Of a stretch of DNA of 64,000 nt, positions 19,727 through 29,814 are shown in pieces. Source of the stretch: Acidobacteriota bacterium (GTDB taxonomy: Bacteria > Acidobacteriota > UBA6911 > RPQK01 > JAJDTT01); the NCBI GenBank assembly GCA_965209055.1, contig OZ242374.1, forward strand, positions 1,152,001 through 1,216,000, in the 5' to 3' direction. Under the pieces are notes generated by a model. The model saw only the letters and a list, made by a program, of their open reading frames with translations. It had not been told where the DNA came from and did no database searches. The position numbers and the translations under genes were made by a program. The number at the start of each line of letters is the position of its first letter. Positions within the stretch are counted from its first letter, which is position 1.

Positions 19727-20915
19727 GGAAGGTCTGATTAAGTCGAGTCAGCGTTCTGCACGATAATTCTTCCATCATCACTGCATGGAGGATAGATGAT
19801 GTCGCAACGAACGTTCGCAGATCTGGAATACGACGGCAAGAAGCGGGTGACCCGTCGGGAGAGATTTCTGGCCCGGATGGACCGGTTGATTCCATGGGAG
19901 CAGTTGGAAGCCCGGATTCGGCCCGTTTACCCGAAAGCGGGACGGGGACGGCGTCCCTACCCGCTCTCGACGATGCTTCGGATCCACTGCGTGCAGCTGT
20001 TTTACAACCTGAGCGATCCGGGGATGGAGGATCTGCTCTATGAGGTGGAGTCGGTGCGGCGGTTCGTGGGCCTGAAGCTCACGGGGCCGCTGCCGGACGA
20101 GACGACGATTCTGAAATTCCGTCATCGGCTGGAGGAGCATGGTCTGGGGGAGGCGCTGTTCGAGGAGATCGGTTCTCACCTGCAGCGGCAAGGCCTGCGG
20201 CTGAGCCGGGGGACGATCGTGGACGCGAGTATCCTGGCGGCGCCTTCCTCGACCAAGAACAGGGAGGGGGCGCGGGACCCGGAGATGCATCAGACGAAGA
20301 AGGGAAAACAGTGGTATTTCGGAATGAAGGCCCACCTGGGGGTGGACGCCCAGACGGGGGTGGCGCACACGGTGGTGACGGCGCCGGCTAACGAGCATGA
20401 CGTGACGCGAGCCGGTGAGTTGCTGCACGGCTCGGAGTCTCAAGTTTGGGGGGATTCGGGATACCAGGGAGTGGGAAAGCGGTCGGAGAATCGAGATCGG
20501 CCGGTGGATTGGCAGGTGATGATGAAGCCGGGGAAGCGTTGGCGGCTGCCACCGGAGAGTGAGGCGGCGTTGGCCGAGCGGCGCAAAGCGTCGGTTCGGG
20601 CCAAGGCAGAACATGTATTCGGGTACCTGAAACGGCATTTCGGCTACGCGAAGGTGCGCTACCGGGGGCTGGCGAAAAACACCCAACGGATCTATTTGCT
20701 GGTGGGGTTCGCCAATCTGATGATCGCCGAGCGCTCTGGCGTGAACGCCTGATCCGGGCGCGGGAGAGGTGCGTCGAGATTCGGGGAATCAGTCTGAGAA
20801 TGGGGGCACCCAGAGCCTTGCCAGGGTGGTACTCCTCATAATGAAGGTTTGGACACCGCAAAGCCGAAACAATAACGGCTCTCACGTCCCTTGAATCGAC
20901 TTGTTCAGACCTTCC
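19727..20915 (+). mobile_element. IS5-family insertion sequence, 1189 bp
   Basis: TIRs GGAAGGTCTGATTAAGTCGA / TCGACTTGTTCAGACCTTCC; CTAA target duplication at 19723-26 and 20916-19. Confidence 0.95.
19796..20752 (+). CDS. IS5 family transposase
   Basis: PDETTILKFR, GTIVDAS, RDPEMHQTKKGKQWYFGMKAH, GDSGYQG, RAKAEH. Confidence 0.96.
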   Translation: MMSQRTFADLEYDGKKRVTRRERFLARMDRLIPWEQLEARIRPVYPKAGRGRRPYPLSTMLRIHCVQLFYNLSDPGMEDLLYEVESVRRFVGLKLTGPLPDETTILKFRHRLEEHGLGEALFEEIGSHLQRQGLRLSRGTIVDASILAAPSSTKNREGARDPEMHQTKKGKQWYFGMKAHLGVDAQTGVAHTVVTAPANEHDVTRAGELLHGSESQVWGDSGYQGVGKRSENRDRPVDWQVMMKPGKRWRLPPESEAALAERRKASVRAKAEHVFGYLKRHFGYAKVRYRGLAKNTQRIYLLVGFANLMIAERSGVNA

Positions 20916-21323
20916 CTAACGGTCAGCGGCGACACGGTCCAGCCACCGCCGCCCGGGCCGCTCATGAGCGGCCCGGGCGGACTTATTTAAACAGACAAGC
21001 GGCGACTTTCCTGTCGCCAGGGGAGCGAAGCGACCCCATCCCGCCAATTTTTCCGTCGCCGACCGCGAGAGTCCGCGAGGGAACATTCCAACCCCTCCTC
21101 TTCAACACCGCCCCCGCTCCCAACATTTTTCTTCGTTACTTTTTCTTCTTCCCCGTTATGGAATGGGTAGAGTTCACGAAACCAGCTCATGACGACCGCG
21201 ACGAGAGGCTCGACCGCGAACACCCCTGAACCCTTTCCGCATTCCGTCGTCCGGTCTCCGGAACTCCGAAGAGGTTCCCCGCCGGGACAGGAACCGATAT
21301 AATTCCAACTCTGGGAAAAACAG

Positions 21324-21611
21324 ATGACCCTTGAACTTCTCCAGTGGATTTCCCCTGCCGTCATCATCGGCGTCATGCTCTACCTGCATCGCCTCAACCG
21401 CCAGGACATCAAAGGACTGCGCGGCGAAATCACGGATCTCCGAAACCATGTGGATACCGATATCGGGAATCTCCGCAGCCACGTGGATACCGGCCTCGCC
21501 GATCTCCAAAACCGCATGGGCCGGCTCGAAGAACGCATGGCCCGCTTCGAGGGCACGCTCGACGTCCTCCGCCAATTCCTGGTCCGCAACAACCGCGGCA
21601 CCGCCGCCTGA
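21324..21611 (+). CDS. Small N-terminal-TM coiled-coil protein (member 2)
   Basis: TM, DLRNHVDTDIG-type 11-aa repeats, ERMARFEGTLDVLR. Confidence 0.78.
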   Translation: MTLELLQWISPAVIIGVMLYLHRLNRQDIKGLRGEITDLRNHVDTDIGNLRSHVDTGLADLQNRMGRLEERMARFEGTLDVLRQFLVRNNRGTAA

Positions 21612-22014
21612 TCTCCCCCAAGAGCGAAAGGAGCGGCGGTATCCTTACCGCCGACCGCATCCCTGCATCCCCCCGAGCTCTGCTGCCGTACGACCGCCAG
21701 TCCTCCTCCGCATACCGGCCAATGACACCGGCATCTTCCCGAGCGCTTCGCCGGAAGTTGCCTTGGAAATGACCGGCTGGAGGATTGGCTCGCCAACCTC
21801 ACGGCAATCTCTCCTCCGGCCGGGAACGGAAACACCGCCCTCACGGGACCCCGAGTCCGTGAAATCCAATCCCCAAACCCTCCACGGTTGGGTCACGCCC
21901 CTTTTTCTCTTTCCGTCTCTTGACATTGCCTCGCGATTGCCTCAAACTTCCTCGTCACTGTTCAAAAACGGCAGCGCGGAACCGGGAGAGTCCGTGTCGC
22001 CGACGCAGTGTAAC

Positions 22015-22181
22015 GCAACTTTTCGAAAGGGACAGCATCTTTCTTAACCGTCACTGTCGGAAAGGCGCCTGATTCGGCGTCTTTCGTGTGGCTTGTGCTC
22101 ATGGAGAAGTTGAGAACGCGTTTCAAGCCATCGCCATGCCGGTCGGACGAAACACGCAACTATTCGGAAAGGGCGGCATCT
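22015..22181 (+). promoter_or_regulatory. Two tandem putative ECF promoters GCAAC-N16-CATCT (22015-22040, 22156-22181)
   Basis: ~55-bp imperfect direct repeat 141 bp apart, each carrying the motif. Confidence 0.7.
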
Positions 22182-22360
22182 TTCCTAATCGACACTGTTG
22201 GAGACGAGGGGCTTTGGTGATCGAATTTTGTTTTGTGCGTCAAGAGGGAACCAGCGGTTTGGTTCCGTCCTTCCCGGAGGAGGAGTCTCGGGACATTCTC
22301 CACTCCGGGGAATTTCTGTTTTCAGGGGATTTGTAAACTTATTCGAAGGAGGACTTTCCA

Positions 22361-24109
22361 ATGAAAGGATGGTTGAAACTACTGGTTCTGGCCGCTGTGC
22401 CAGTCCTCGCGGTCACTATGGTCGCGAATCCGGCGCTCGCCGCCGACAAGGGGTCGCAGTTGATCTTCCAGAGCAACATGGCCCATCAGAGCTTCATTTC
22501 CGTGATCAACGCCAACGATAGCCGCGCGGTTACGGTACTGGTTCAGTACTACAACGACGAGATGACGAGGGTTGCCTGGTATTTGAGAGTGATCCCCGCC
22601 GACACGAACCTTCTGGTCGACCCTTTCAACCACGCGATTCCGGGCACGGCAAAGCAGGATGATGACGGTGAGGACATCGCGGGGTCGGAAACGAACATAA
22701 GTGAGGTTCTTGGCTCCCTGCCCGCAATGACCAACGATGATGACGGCCCCGGAATCAATACCGGCCATTTTGTGATCGCTGTCACCGCAGTTGGCGCCAA
22801 TACGGTGGACGACCCAGACACCACTGACTCCGAAGCCAACACTGCGGCTACGGTGAACATCCTTTTCCCGACTTTCCTGGCTGCGGATCTGCATGGGACG
22901 GACAACATCGACAATGGCGGCGCACTTAGCCTCGACGGCATGGGTCTCGACCCCACCGAGTTCGAAGCCACCGAGGCGGTGCCGGATGACAATACCACCA
23001 AGAACGTCGGAGACTTGAGCATCAGCAACGCTCAGCCCGTCGCATTCAACCACCTGACGGGGCATTTCACGGAGGCGCTGACCTCCACCGGCGCGGGTGG
23101 CGCCGATCAGACCGCATCCTGGGGTGGCACACCGGTAGTCCGGCCGGCTGTCACCAATACGGCCAACGCGGCGACCATAAGCGCCGACTACACGACCCTG
23201 AACGGCCTGAACCACGTCGATGGTACTGCGTCGGGTCGTCTGGCCGAAAAGGACGCCGGTGGGACGGAGGTGAATGCGCTACCGGACACCTTTATGGTTT
23301 CCGGCTATACGAACCAGGGCGGCAATATGAGCGACGCCGGCGGCAAAATCCAAAATGGCGACCGCGACCACAGGGCCCTCACCGGCGGTGCTTTCGTGCT
23401 CCCCGCTCTTCACGGTGGCGGAGAGATGGCCCAGCAGATCATGCTGTTGATGTCCGTATCGGAAAATTGGGGCGATCCGGGCAGCTACGAATTGGTCCCC
23501 GCCATGACGGGAATCAATGTCCTCCTCATGGATGGCCAGGGCGACCCCTTGGATAGCGTAGCGATCAGCGATCCCAACGCAGGTGTAGTCGGCGGTGGCG
23601 GGACAGATCCTGCGGCGGATTCTGCGACCACCAGTATCATCGTCAAGGGCATCCAGGTCATGACCGATGCCGATCTTTCCAAGTGTACTGGCACCGCAAT
23701 CTCCGGGCCTTGGAGTCTTGCCAGTCTGACGAGCCTCATTCCCGAGGCGACTGCAGGCGGAGACAAGTTTGCGGGTCTGGATGCCGAGCTTGATCCGATG
23801 ATGAACCTCTCGCCGGGCTGGATAAAGTTTGCGCGCAGCAACTTGAGTTGCGAGGTGAGTTATGGAGACGGCGATGCTGCGGCTACTGAGACATTCGAAA
23901 CTCCTGACGGTGTTCCTCCGGTAGACGACCGGACCTATACCGGCGGTACGCTGATCGTGGAGGAGCAATCCGCTGCCACGCGTACATTCGTCACCACGGG
24001 TCGAGCCTTGTTGAAGTTCATCACGTCGGATTCGACTTTCGCGGCCTCATGGACCCTGAAGTCTCCTGTGGCCGACACGACGGGCGAAGACGGCGACGCC
24101 TCCAACTAG
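22361..24109 (+). CDS. Secreted acidic Thr/Gly-rich protein (S-layer-like candidate)
   Basis: Signal peptide (ALA motif), strong RBS AAGGAGG, own terminator; no catalytic motif seen. Confidence 0.75.
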   Translation: MKGWLKLLVLAAVPVLAVTMVANPALAADKGSQLIFQSNMAHQSFISVINANDSRAVTVLVQYYNDEMTRVAWYLRVIPADTNLLVDPFNHAIPGTAKQDDDGEDIAGSETNISEVLGSLPAMTNDDDGPGINTGHFVIAVTAVGANTVDDPDTTDSEANTAATVNILFPTFLAADLHGTDNIDNGGALSLDGMGLDPTEFEATEAVPDDNTTKNVGDLSISNAQPVAFNHLTGHFTEALTSTGAGGADQTASWGGTPVVRPAVTNTANAATISADYTTLNGLNHVDGTASGRLAEKDAGGTEVNALPDTFMVSGYTNQGGNMSDAGGKIQNGDRDHRALTGGAFVLPALHGGGEMAQQIMLLMSVSENWGDPGSYELVPAMTGINVLLMDGQGDPLDSVAISDPNAGVVGGGGTDPAADSATTSIIVKGIQVMTDADLSKCTGTAISGPWSLASLTSLIPEATAGGDKFAGLDAELDPMMNLSPGWIKFARSNLSCEVSYGDGDAAATETFETPDGVPPVDDRTYTGGTLIVEEQSAATRTFVTTGRALLKFITSDSTFAASWTLKSPVADTTGEDGDASN

Positions 24110-24177
24110 GCCAGGTTTTCTCATCTGAGGACCATCTCTCCACCAACGAGAGGCGGTCGACGGAGCGAGACGAACCA

Positions 24178-24214
24178 GGGGGGAGCCCATACCGGGCTCC
24201 CCCCTTTCTTTTTT
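24178..24214 (+). terminator. Rho-independent terminator
   Basis: ggggggagccc-atacc-gggctcccccc followed by T tract. Confidence 0.85.
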
Positions 24215-24261
24215 CACCATCCAACCTTGCCGGCTTTCGGCTCATAACCTCAGACTGAATT

Positions 24262-24287
24262 GCGACCCTTCTGAATTTGCGTCATCT
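24262..24287 (+). promoter_or_regulatory. Putative ECF promoter GCGAC-N16-CATCT
   Basis: gcgac ccttctgaatttgcgt catct upstream of the gene at 24407. Confidence 0.65.
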
Positions 24288-24406
24288 TTCCCAACTAGCG
24301 TTGGCGTGGAGCGGCGGTTTCCAACCGCCGAACTCCGGCCGGAGCATGGGGAAACTCGGCGTCGGCAAGACGATCGTTTTCGACCTGCAATCAGGAGTTC
24401 TGTGGA

Positions 24407-25882
24407 GTGCATACCCAGAGCAGACAGTTGGTAAGGAACTTCTTCAGTGTCGTTGTTCTCTTGGCTCACGTTGCGGCGTCTGCGCAGGGTGTGACCGCGA
24501 ACCCGCAGGAATGGCGGCTGCTTTCACGTGGTCAGGTCAACCCGCCGGGAGTCCAGGCTTTCGTGGAGACTTTCTTCTCCTACAATCAGTTGAATGCCGT
24601 TCCTGATGGGGATCTGCTGCTTGGTTTTTCTGCGGTTCGCAATACCAATCCCAAAAAGGATACGGATGTCTTCGTGTCTCGCTTCGTCCGATCGGAGGAT
24701 CGCTGGAATCCACCTGTTCCAATTGCCGGAAGCACCGATCTCGAGAGGTCGCCGACAATGTGGATTGACGTCCGTTCGGGTGTGGTCCACTCCGCTTGGG
24801 TCGGCAATGAGAGGAAAAAGTCGAAAGGGGAGAGGAGTGAGCTCCGGGTCGGCTATCGGCGGTCGGAGGACGGAGGAGCCACTTGGAAGCCAGCCCGGCA
24901 ATTTCCCGTCGGGACAGCGCTTGCGCGGCGCCCACAGTTGGTCGGGGACGGCCATGGCGGCTTCCACCTGACCATCTCCAATGGCTATCCGAGCAAGCAA
25001 GAGCGAATCCACCTGTTTCACAGTGTCGATGAGGGCGGGACTTGGCGTCCGGTGGACGTCAATTTCCCTGAAGATCAAAAAAGGGGGAACACGATATCTC
25101 CCCAGTTGGCCGTGAAGCCGGCCGGTGGCGCCTGTATTGTCTGGCTCGACCCGACTGCCGGACGCAGGGCGGTCGTTTTCAGCATGACGAACGCGGAATC
25201 CGTCTGGTCGGCGCCGGTTCGCGTCAATGACGATCCGGCAATGAGCTGTCTCAAGCCCCGGCTGGCAATTCAGGGAGATTCGGTCTACGCCGCCTGGCAT
25301 GTGGTAACGGGCGACCGAACGACTCTCTACTTCGACCATTCGCCGGACGGCGGCGCCACCTGGAACGAGGACCAGGTGATATTCGATCGGAAGGCGCTGT
25401 CGGTCCAGGCTTCCCTCCAAACCTTCGACGGCGGACTCCTGGCCGGCTGGGTTGAATCGGAAACCCAGATGGGCCGTACGAATCGGAATCTCTCCTATCG
25501 CCTCTATTCTCCTGCCACCGGCTGGACGGCCCCAAAAGGGGAGAGTGACTCCCTGGCGGGAGACCATGGGCCCGGCCGGTTCTACTACGGCTTCGATCTG
25601 CTGCCCTGGAAGCAGGGATGCCTGGTGGCCTATTCCAAGGGGGCATTGGGCTTGTCGCCGGAGATCTACCTCGCCTGGAGTCGCGACCTGAACGCCGGCT
25701 TCTCGGAACTGATGAAAATAAGTGCGCCCAAAAAGGGTTTCGAGCATCTATATCCACGATTGATCCGTTCGGGCGACAACGAGGTCGCCGTGGTCTACAA
25801 CCGGCGAAAGATCCGCCGGTCGCCCTTGGAGCCGCGGGTCATCTTGGGAGATGTGCTGGTGGCTCGAATCGGAATACCGTAG
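24407..25882 (+). CDS. Secreted BNR/Asp-box (sialidase-fold) protein
   Basis: Signal peptide; Asp-boxes SEDGGATW, SVDEGGTW, SPDGGATW. Confidence 0.8.
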   Translation: MHTQSRQLVRNFFSVVVLLAHVAASAQGVTANPQEWRLLSRGQVNPPGVQAFVETFFSYNQLNAVPDGDLLLGFSAVRNTNPKKDTDVFVSRFVRSEDRWNPPVPIAGSTDLERSPTMWIDVRSGVVHSAWVGNERKKSKGERSELRVGYRRSEDGGATWKPARQFPVGTALARRPQLVGDGHGGFHLTISNGYPSKQERIHLFHSVDEGGTWRPVDVNFPEDQKRGNTISPQLAVKPAGGACIVWLDPTAGRRAVVFSMTNAESVWSAPVRVNDDPAMSCLKPRLAIQGDSVYAAWHVVTGDRTTLYFDHSPDGGATWNEDQVIFDRKALSVQASLQTFDGGLLAGWVESETQMGRTNRNLSYRLYSPATGWTAPKGESDSLAGDHGPGRFYYGFDLLPWKQGCLVAYSKGALGLSPEIYLAWSRDLNAGFSELMKISAPKKGFEHLYPRLIRSGDNEVAVVYNRRKIRRSPLEPRVILGDVLVARIGIP

Positions 25883-26075
25883 TCGGAGGTAAGGTCTGGA
25901 AGACCCCTTGAATTGTGGGCAAACTCTTATGCGGACACGGTTTGTCGATAGCTGTGTGCCGTGTCAGAGGAGTTGTGCTATTGTGAGTCAGTGACTCTGC
26001 CCGTATTGTGCCGAGAGCACATATCTTGCTTATATCGAGAAACGCATTCAGTGCGCCGAATTGGGAGGAATACCC

Positions 26076-27909
26076 ATGTTGAGACGTGATTCCGGTCAAT
26101 CCGTATCGTTCCGTGACGGTTTCAGACGACCTTGTTCGTTCCATATGGGGGGCGTTTTCCTCTCTCTCCTAACCGTTATGCTGCTCGCCGCGCCGCAGCT
26201 GGCCTTCGGCCAGTCCAATGTGACGGTGACGGTCAGTCCTAGGTCGCTGGAAATCGACGAAGGTGCGACCGGTACGTACGACGTGAATCTGGACGCTTCA
26301 CCGGCTGCAGGCGTGACAGTGACGGTGAACGTTGCCGGGACGACAGATGCTGTGACCGTGGACGCGACTGCTTCCGCAGGATTGGAATTTACCTCCGCCA
26401 ACTGGGTTGCCGACACCCCAAGGACTGTTACGGTAACCGTGGGCACAGACCTGAATGCAGTGGATGAGGTGGTGACCCTCACGCACACGGCCACGATCAC
26501 CGACTCCGAGGACAACGAAGAGGAAGTGACGTTGAGGAACGCGTCGGTGACCGTGACGGTCGACGATGCTCAAACGCAGGGCGTAACCCTAGGGGACCTG
26601 ACGCCGGCTGAGGTCCCCGAGGCCGGCAGCGCTACGTACACGGTGGTGTTGGACACGCAACCCACCGTTCCCGTCACCGTGGATATAGGGGGGACGTCCG
26701 GTGAGATCACCGTGAGTCCTTCGAGGTTGGTCTTCAATCCTACCGGCACCGTAAACCTCTACAGCACGGAGCAGACGGTGACGGTGTTTGCCGGAGAGGA
26801 TTTCGACGCTGAGGACGACACGGCGACTCTGACGCACACGGTACGCGGCGGGGACTACACCGGTGTGTCGGCAAACACCGTACCCGTGACGGTCGACGAC
26901 AACGACACGCGTGGCGTGACCGTGGTACCCGCCACGCTCAACATCGCTTCCGGCGCGATAGGGACGTTTACCGTCGTGCTGAACACTCAGCCGACGAACT
27001 CGGTGAGGATCACGATGGCCGAGGACCAGGCCGATCTCAGCGTCAGCCCGTCCAGCCTGAGTTTTTCGTCGGTCACTTGGAACCGTCCACAGACGGTTAC
27101 GGTTCGGGTCGCCTCAGGTTATTTTCGTGATAGCTTGGTCACCCCACACCCCACCTCTGTGACACTGACCAACTCAATAAATACTTCCTCGAGTAGCAGG
27201 GACGAGGCCTACGACACGGCCGAAGTAGCCAATGTCGAATTGACGATCTCCAACTCCGATACAGCGCCCGCCGTGAGATTGAGTACAAGCTCGGTGACCA
27301 TAAACGAGGGCAAGGATGCAACATACACCGTGAGGCTGGCGACGAATCCTGGCGTGGGTGAGAGTGAGACCGTCACGGTGAACGTCCCCACGGGTTCGGG
27401 TTTCGGCGTGGATACGGCTTCATTGACCTTTGCAGGGGACACCTCTGAGGGTGCCGCGGATGCGACCTGGAACACAGCGCAGACGGTGACTGTGACCGGA
27501 CCCGTCGACGACAACGCGGTGCAGGAGACGACCACGATAACGCACACGATCGGCACCGTGATCGTCGCCAACAGCATCTTGCGGGCGACGGTGCGGGAGA
27601 GCGACACGCGCGGCATTACGATCACGCCGACGTCACTTGAGGTCACCGAGGGCGGGACCGCAAGGTACAACATCGTGCTCGATTCCGAGCCGGTTGGTGA
27701 CGCTGAAGACAGGGTGACGGTGAACGTAGGTGGAGTGTCAGGTGATGTGACTGTGGCCCCGTCACAGCTTCTCTTCACGGGCGGTGCCACTGGAACTTGG
27801 CAAACGGCGCAGGAAGTGGTAGTCAGCGCCGCTCCCGACGACGACGGCGAAACCGATGCTCCCGTGACTCTTAGTCATACGGTGCGAGGCGGGGACTACG
27901 ACCGCCTGA
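26076..27909 (+). pseudogene. 5' part of a large adhesin (Calx-beta-like repeats), interrupted by IS1634
   Basis: Signal peptide; repeats YTVVL.T.P...VTV...LTF...W...Q.VTV; frame stops 3 nt inside the IS. Confidence 0.85.
27803..27909 (+). repeat. 107-bp target-site duplication, copy 1 (copy 2 at 29815-29921)
   Basis: Identical aacggcgcaggaagtg...cgaccgcctga abutting both IS ends. Confidence 0.95.
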
Positions 27910-29814
27910 CCTGACTTCGACGGTTTTGAACCGTAAGTTATTGATTTAATTATGCAAGTGTTCTCAGAGTACACTACAGAGCTAGGAAATGGAGAGCGGG
28001 GCGGGGTTCAACTCTGGGGACGATTTGGCGACAACAGCAGGGTCGTGGTCCGGCGGAGGGTGAGGCCGACCGTCTTGTAGAGCAAGCGCTGCTCCCGGGT
28101 GGAGCCGAAGGGGACCAGGTAGCGGTTGCCGTTGCCCTGATCGCGGATCAGCGAGACGGTCACGTTGCCGAGTTCCGCCAGGATTCGGTCCTCGCTCAGC
28201 GACGGCTGGCCGGCATGCTGCCGGGCGTACTTCCAGCGCAGGATGCGCAACAGCGCGAAAGCGACGTAACAGAGGGCGACGTGGGCGCGAACCCGGCGCT
28301 CAGTCCAGTGAAAGACCGGGCGTACCCGGAGCGTGTGTTTGAGCACCCGGAAGCCCTGCTCGATCCTCCACAACTCGGCATAATGCGCCCGGATCTGTGA
28401 GGCGGGGGGTTCGCCCAGGCTGGTCCAGACCCCGTGCAGTCCATCAAAGAGAGCATCGCGTTCGATCGCCTGGCGGTTGAGCGTGACCGCATGGCGTTTC
28501 AGCTTCAGGAACCGTCCCGGGCGCCGCCCGAGCGGTTCTCCCTTCGCGATCTTCTCTTCGGCCTTCTTCACCGCCTGCTCTCGGGCTCGGGCGTCCCGGC
28601 GCGCCTTGCTCGGACAGTACCGCACCACCAGCCGGCGACCGTTGACTTGCCGTTCGGTCAGACGCCTCAGACGTCCCTTCCGGTCCAGCGGCTGTGGAGT
28701 CCACTCCTGCGGAGAGCCCAGGGCAGCGAAGTCGGCCCGCTTGAGCTGCCGGAGCCGTGCCGCGACCACCCAGTCCAACCCCGCCTTTGTCAGCGCCCGC
28801 AGGTTCTTGTCGCTCAGCAACCCGGCGTCGGCCACCACCACCGCCCGTCCAACTTCGAACTGCTCTCGCAACTCCTGAAGCATCGGCAACAGCGTCTTGA
28901 CCTCCGTCGTGTTCCCCGGGAACAAGCGATACCCGACCGGCAACCCTTCCGTCGTCTGCATCAACGCCAGCACCACTTGCGAGCGATACGGTTTCCCGTC
29001 CTTGCTGTATCCCTTGCGTCGCAAATCGTCTTCCACTTCGGTCGCGAAGGAGAGCGTCGTCGTGTCCAGGAACACGACTTGCACCGGCCCTCCCAACAAG
29101 CCCCGGACGGTTCCGTCCAAATGCTTCAGCAATCGGCTCTGCCGCTGACGATTCAGGCGATCCATCATCCGGTAGACCCGCTCCAGGGGGAGGTTCACCC
29201 CCTGCTCGGACAACTCCGCCGCCAGGTGGCGCTTGCTTTTGCCGGGCGCAGCCAGGCGCGCCAGCATCAACTGCCGGAACACCCGCTCGGACCCCCGTTG
29301 ATTCCGGGGCCAGAGGCGAGCCAGACCGAGATCGTCGTAGAGTTGGCCGAAGACCTCGTGAAAGCCCAGCTTCAGATCCTTTTCTCCCTGGAGCTTCCGG
29401 GCGTCGGCAATCGGGATCGGCCCCAAAGCCTTCCGCTCCCGCCGCGCGGCCACCGCCTGCTCGGCCAGATACGCCGGCGGGAACAGCGCGGGCTGCCGTT
29501 GCTCCAGCAGGCGCACCTTCTCGTACTCGGCGACCCGGAGGAGTTCCTCAAGTGCGGGCCCCTCGGGAGCGGAACCCATGGAGCGGATCAGGCGCTGGCG
29601 GGGTTGACGGTGTTCGTTGCGGTAAGACTCGACAATTTGGACGACGACATTGGGCGTGTGTCGGCGGCGAATCTGTCGCACAAACATGGGGAAAGTCTAA
29701 CAGAACAATAAGATAATATCAATATTCCAGGTACACTACAGACGGGCCCAAAACTCAACCTCAATGGGCTCAAACGTTTCCGAGCCTCAGCGCCGATAAT
29801 TTGTCGAAGTCAGG
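27910..29814 (-). mobile_element. IS1634-family insertion sequence, 1905 bp
   Basis: 12-bp perfect TIR CCTGACTTCGAC / GTCGAAGTCAGG; long direct repeat. Confidence 0.92.
28008..29687 (-). CDS. IS1634 family transposase
   Basis: VFLDTT, GYSKDGK, VVADAGL, Y..LW.IE.GFR.LK..L..RP.FHW..RVRAH. Confidence 0.92.
   Translation of the reverse strand: MFVRQIRRRHTPNVVVQIVESYRNEHRQPRQRLIRSMGSAPEGPALEELLRVAEYEKVRLLEQRQPALFPPAYLAEQAVAARRERKALGPIPIADARKLQGEKDLKLGFHEVFGQLYDDLGLARLWPRNQRGSERVFRQLMLARLAAPGKSKRHLAAELSEQGVNLPLERVYRMMDRLNRQRQSRLLKHLDGTVRGLLGGPVQVVFLDTTTLSFATEVEDDLRRKGYSKDGKPYRSQVVLALMQTTEGLPVGYRLFPGNTTEVKTLLPMLQELREQFEVGRAVVVADAGLLSDKNLRALTKAGLDWVVAARLRQLKRADFAALGSPQEWTPQPLDRKGRLRRLTERQVNGRRLVVRYCPSKARRDARAREQAVKKAEEKIAKGEPLGRRPGRFLKLKRHAVTLNRQAIERDALFDGLHGVWTSLGEPPASQIRAHYAELWRIEQGFRVLKHTLRVRPVFHWTERRVRAHVALCYVAFALLRILRWKYARQHAGQPSLSEDRILAELGNVTVSLIRDQGNGNRYLVPFGSTREQRLLYKTVGLTLRRTTTLLLSPNRPQS

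Larger units (their letters stand above)
19630..20990 (-). ncRNA. IS110 bridge RNA locus (split by IS5; segments ~19630-19726 and 20920-20990)
   Basis: Guide segments match target (AGCGGCGAC, CTCC) and donor ends (GTATCCAT, CTTGTC) and sit in stem-flanked loops; RNA ends approximate. Confidence 0.7.
18365..20999 (-). mobile_element. IS110-family element inserted in a REP (contains nested IS5 and a 306-bp insert)
   Basis: AG core at 18365-66 and 20998-99; removing the element restores GGAGCGGCGACTTTCCTGTCGCC, identical to the REP at 33991. Confidence 0.85.

Noticed and set aside
21690-21790. Possible PIN-toxin remnant (IPANDTGIF..ALEMTG)
   Set aside because: Similarity to the IPxNDxWIAA motif is too short and degenerate to call
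25883-26075. ECF promoter upstream of the adhesin
   Set aside because: No GCRAC-N16-CATCT match found, so the adhesin is not claimed as a direct regulon member
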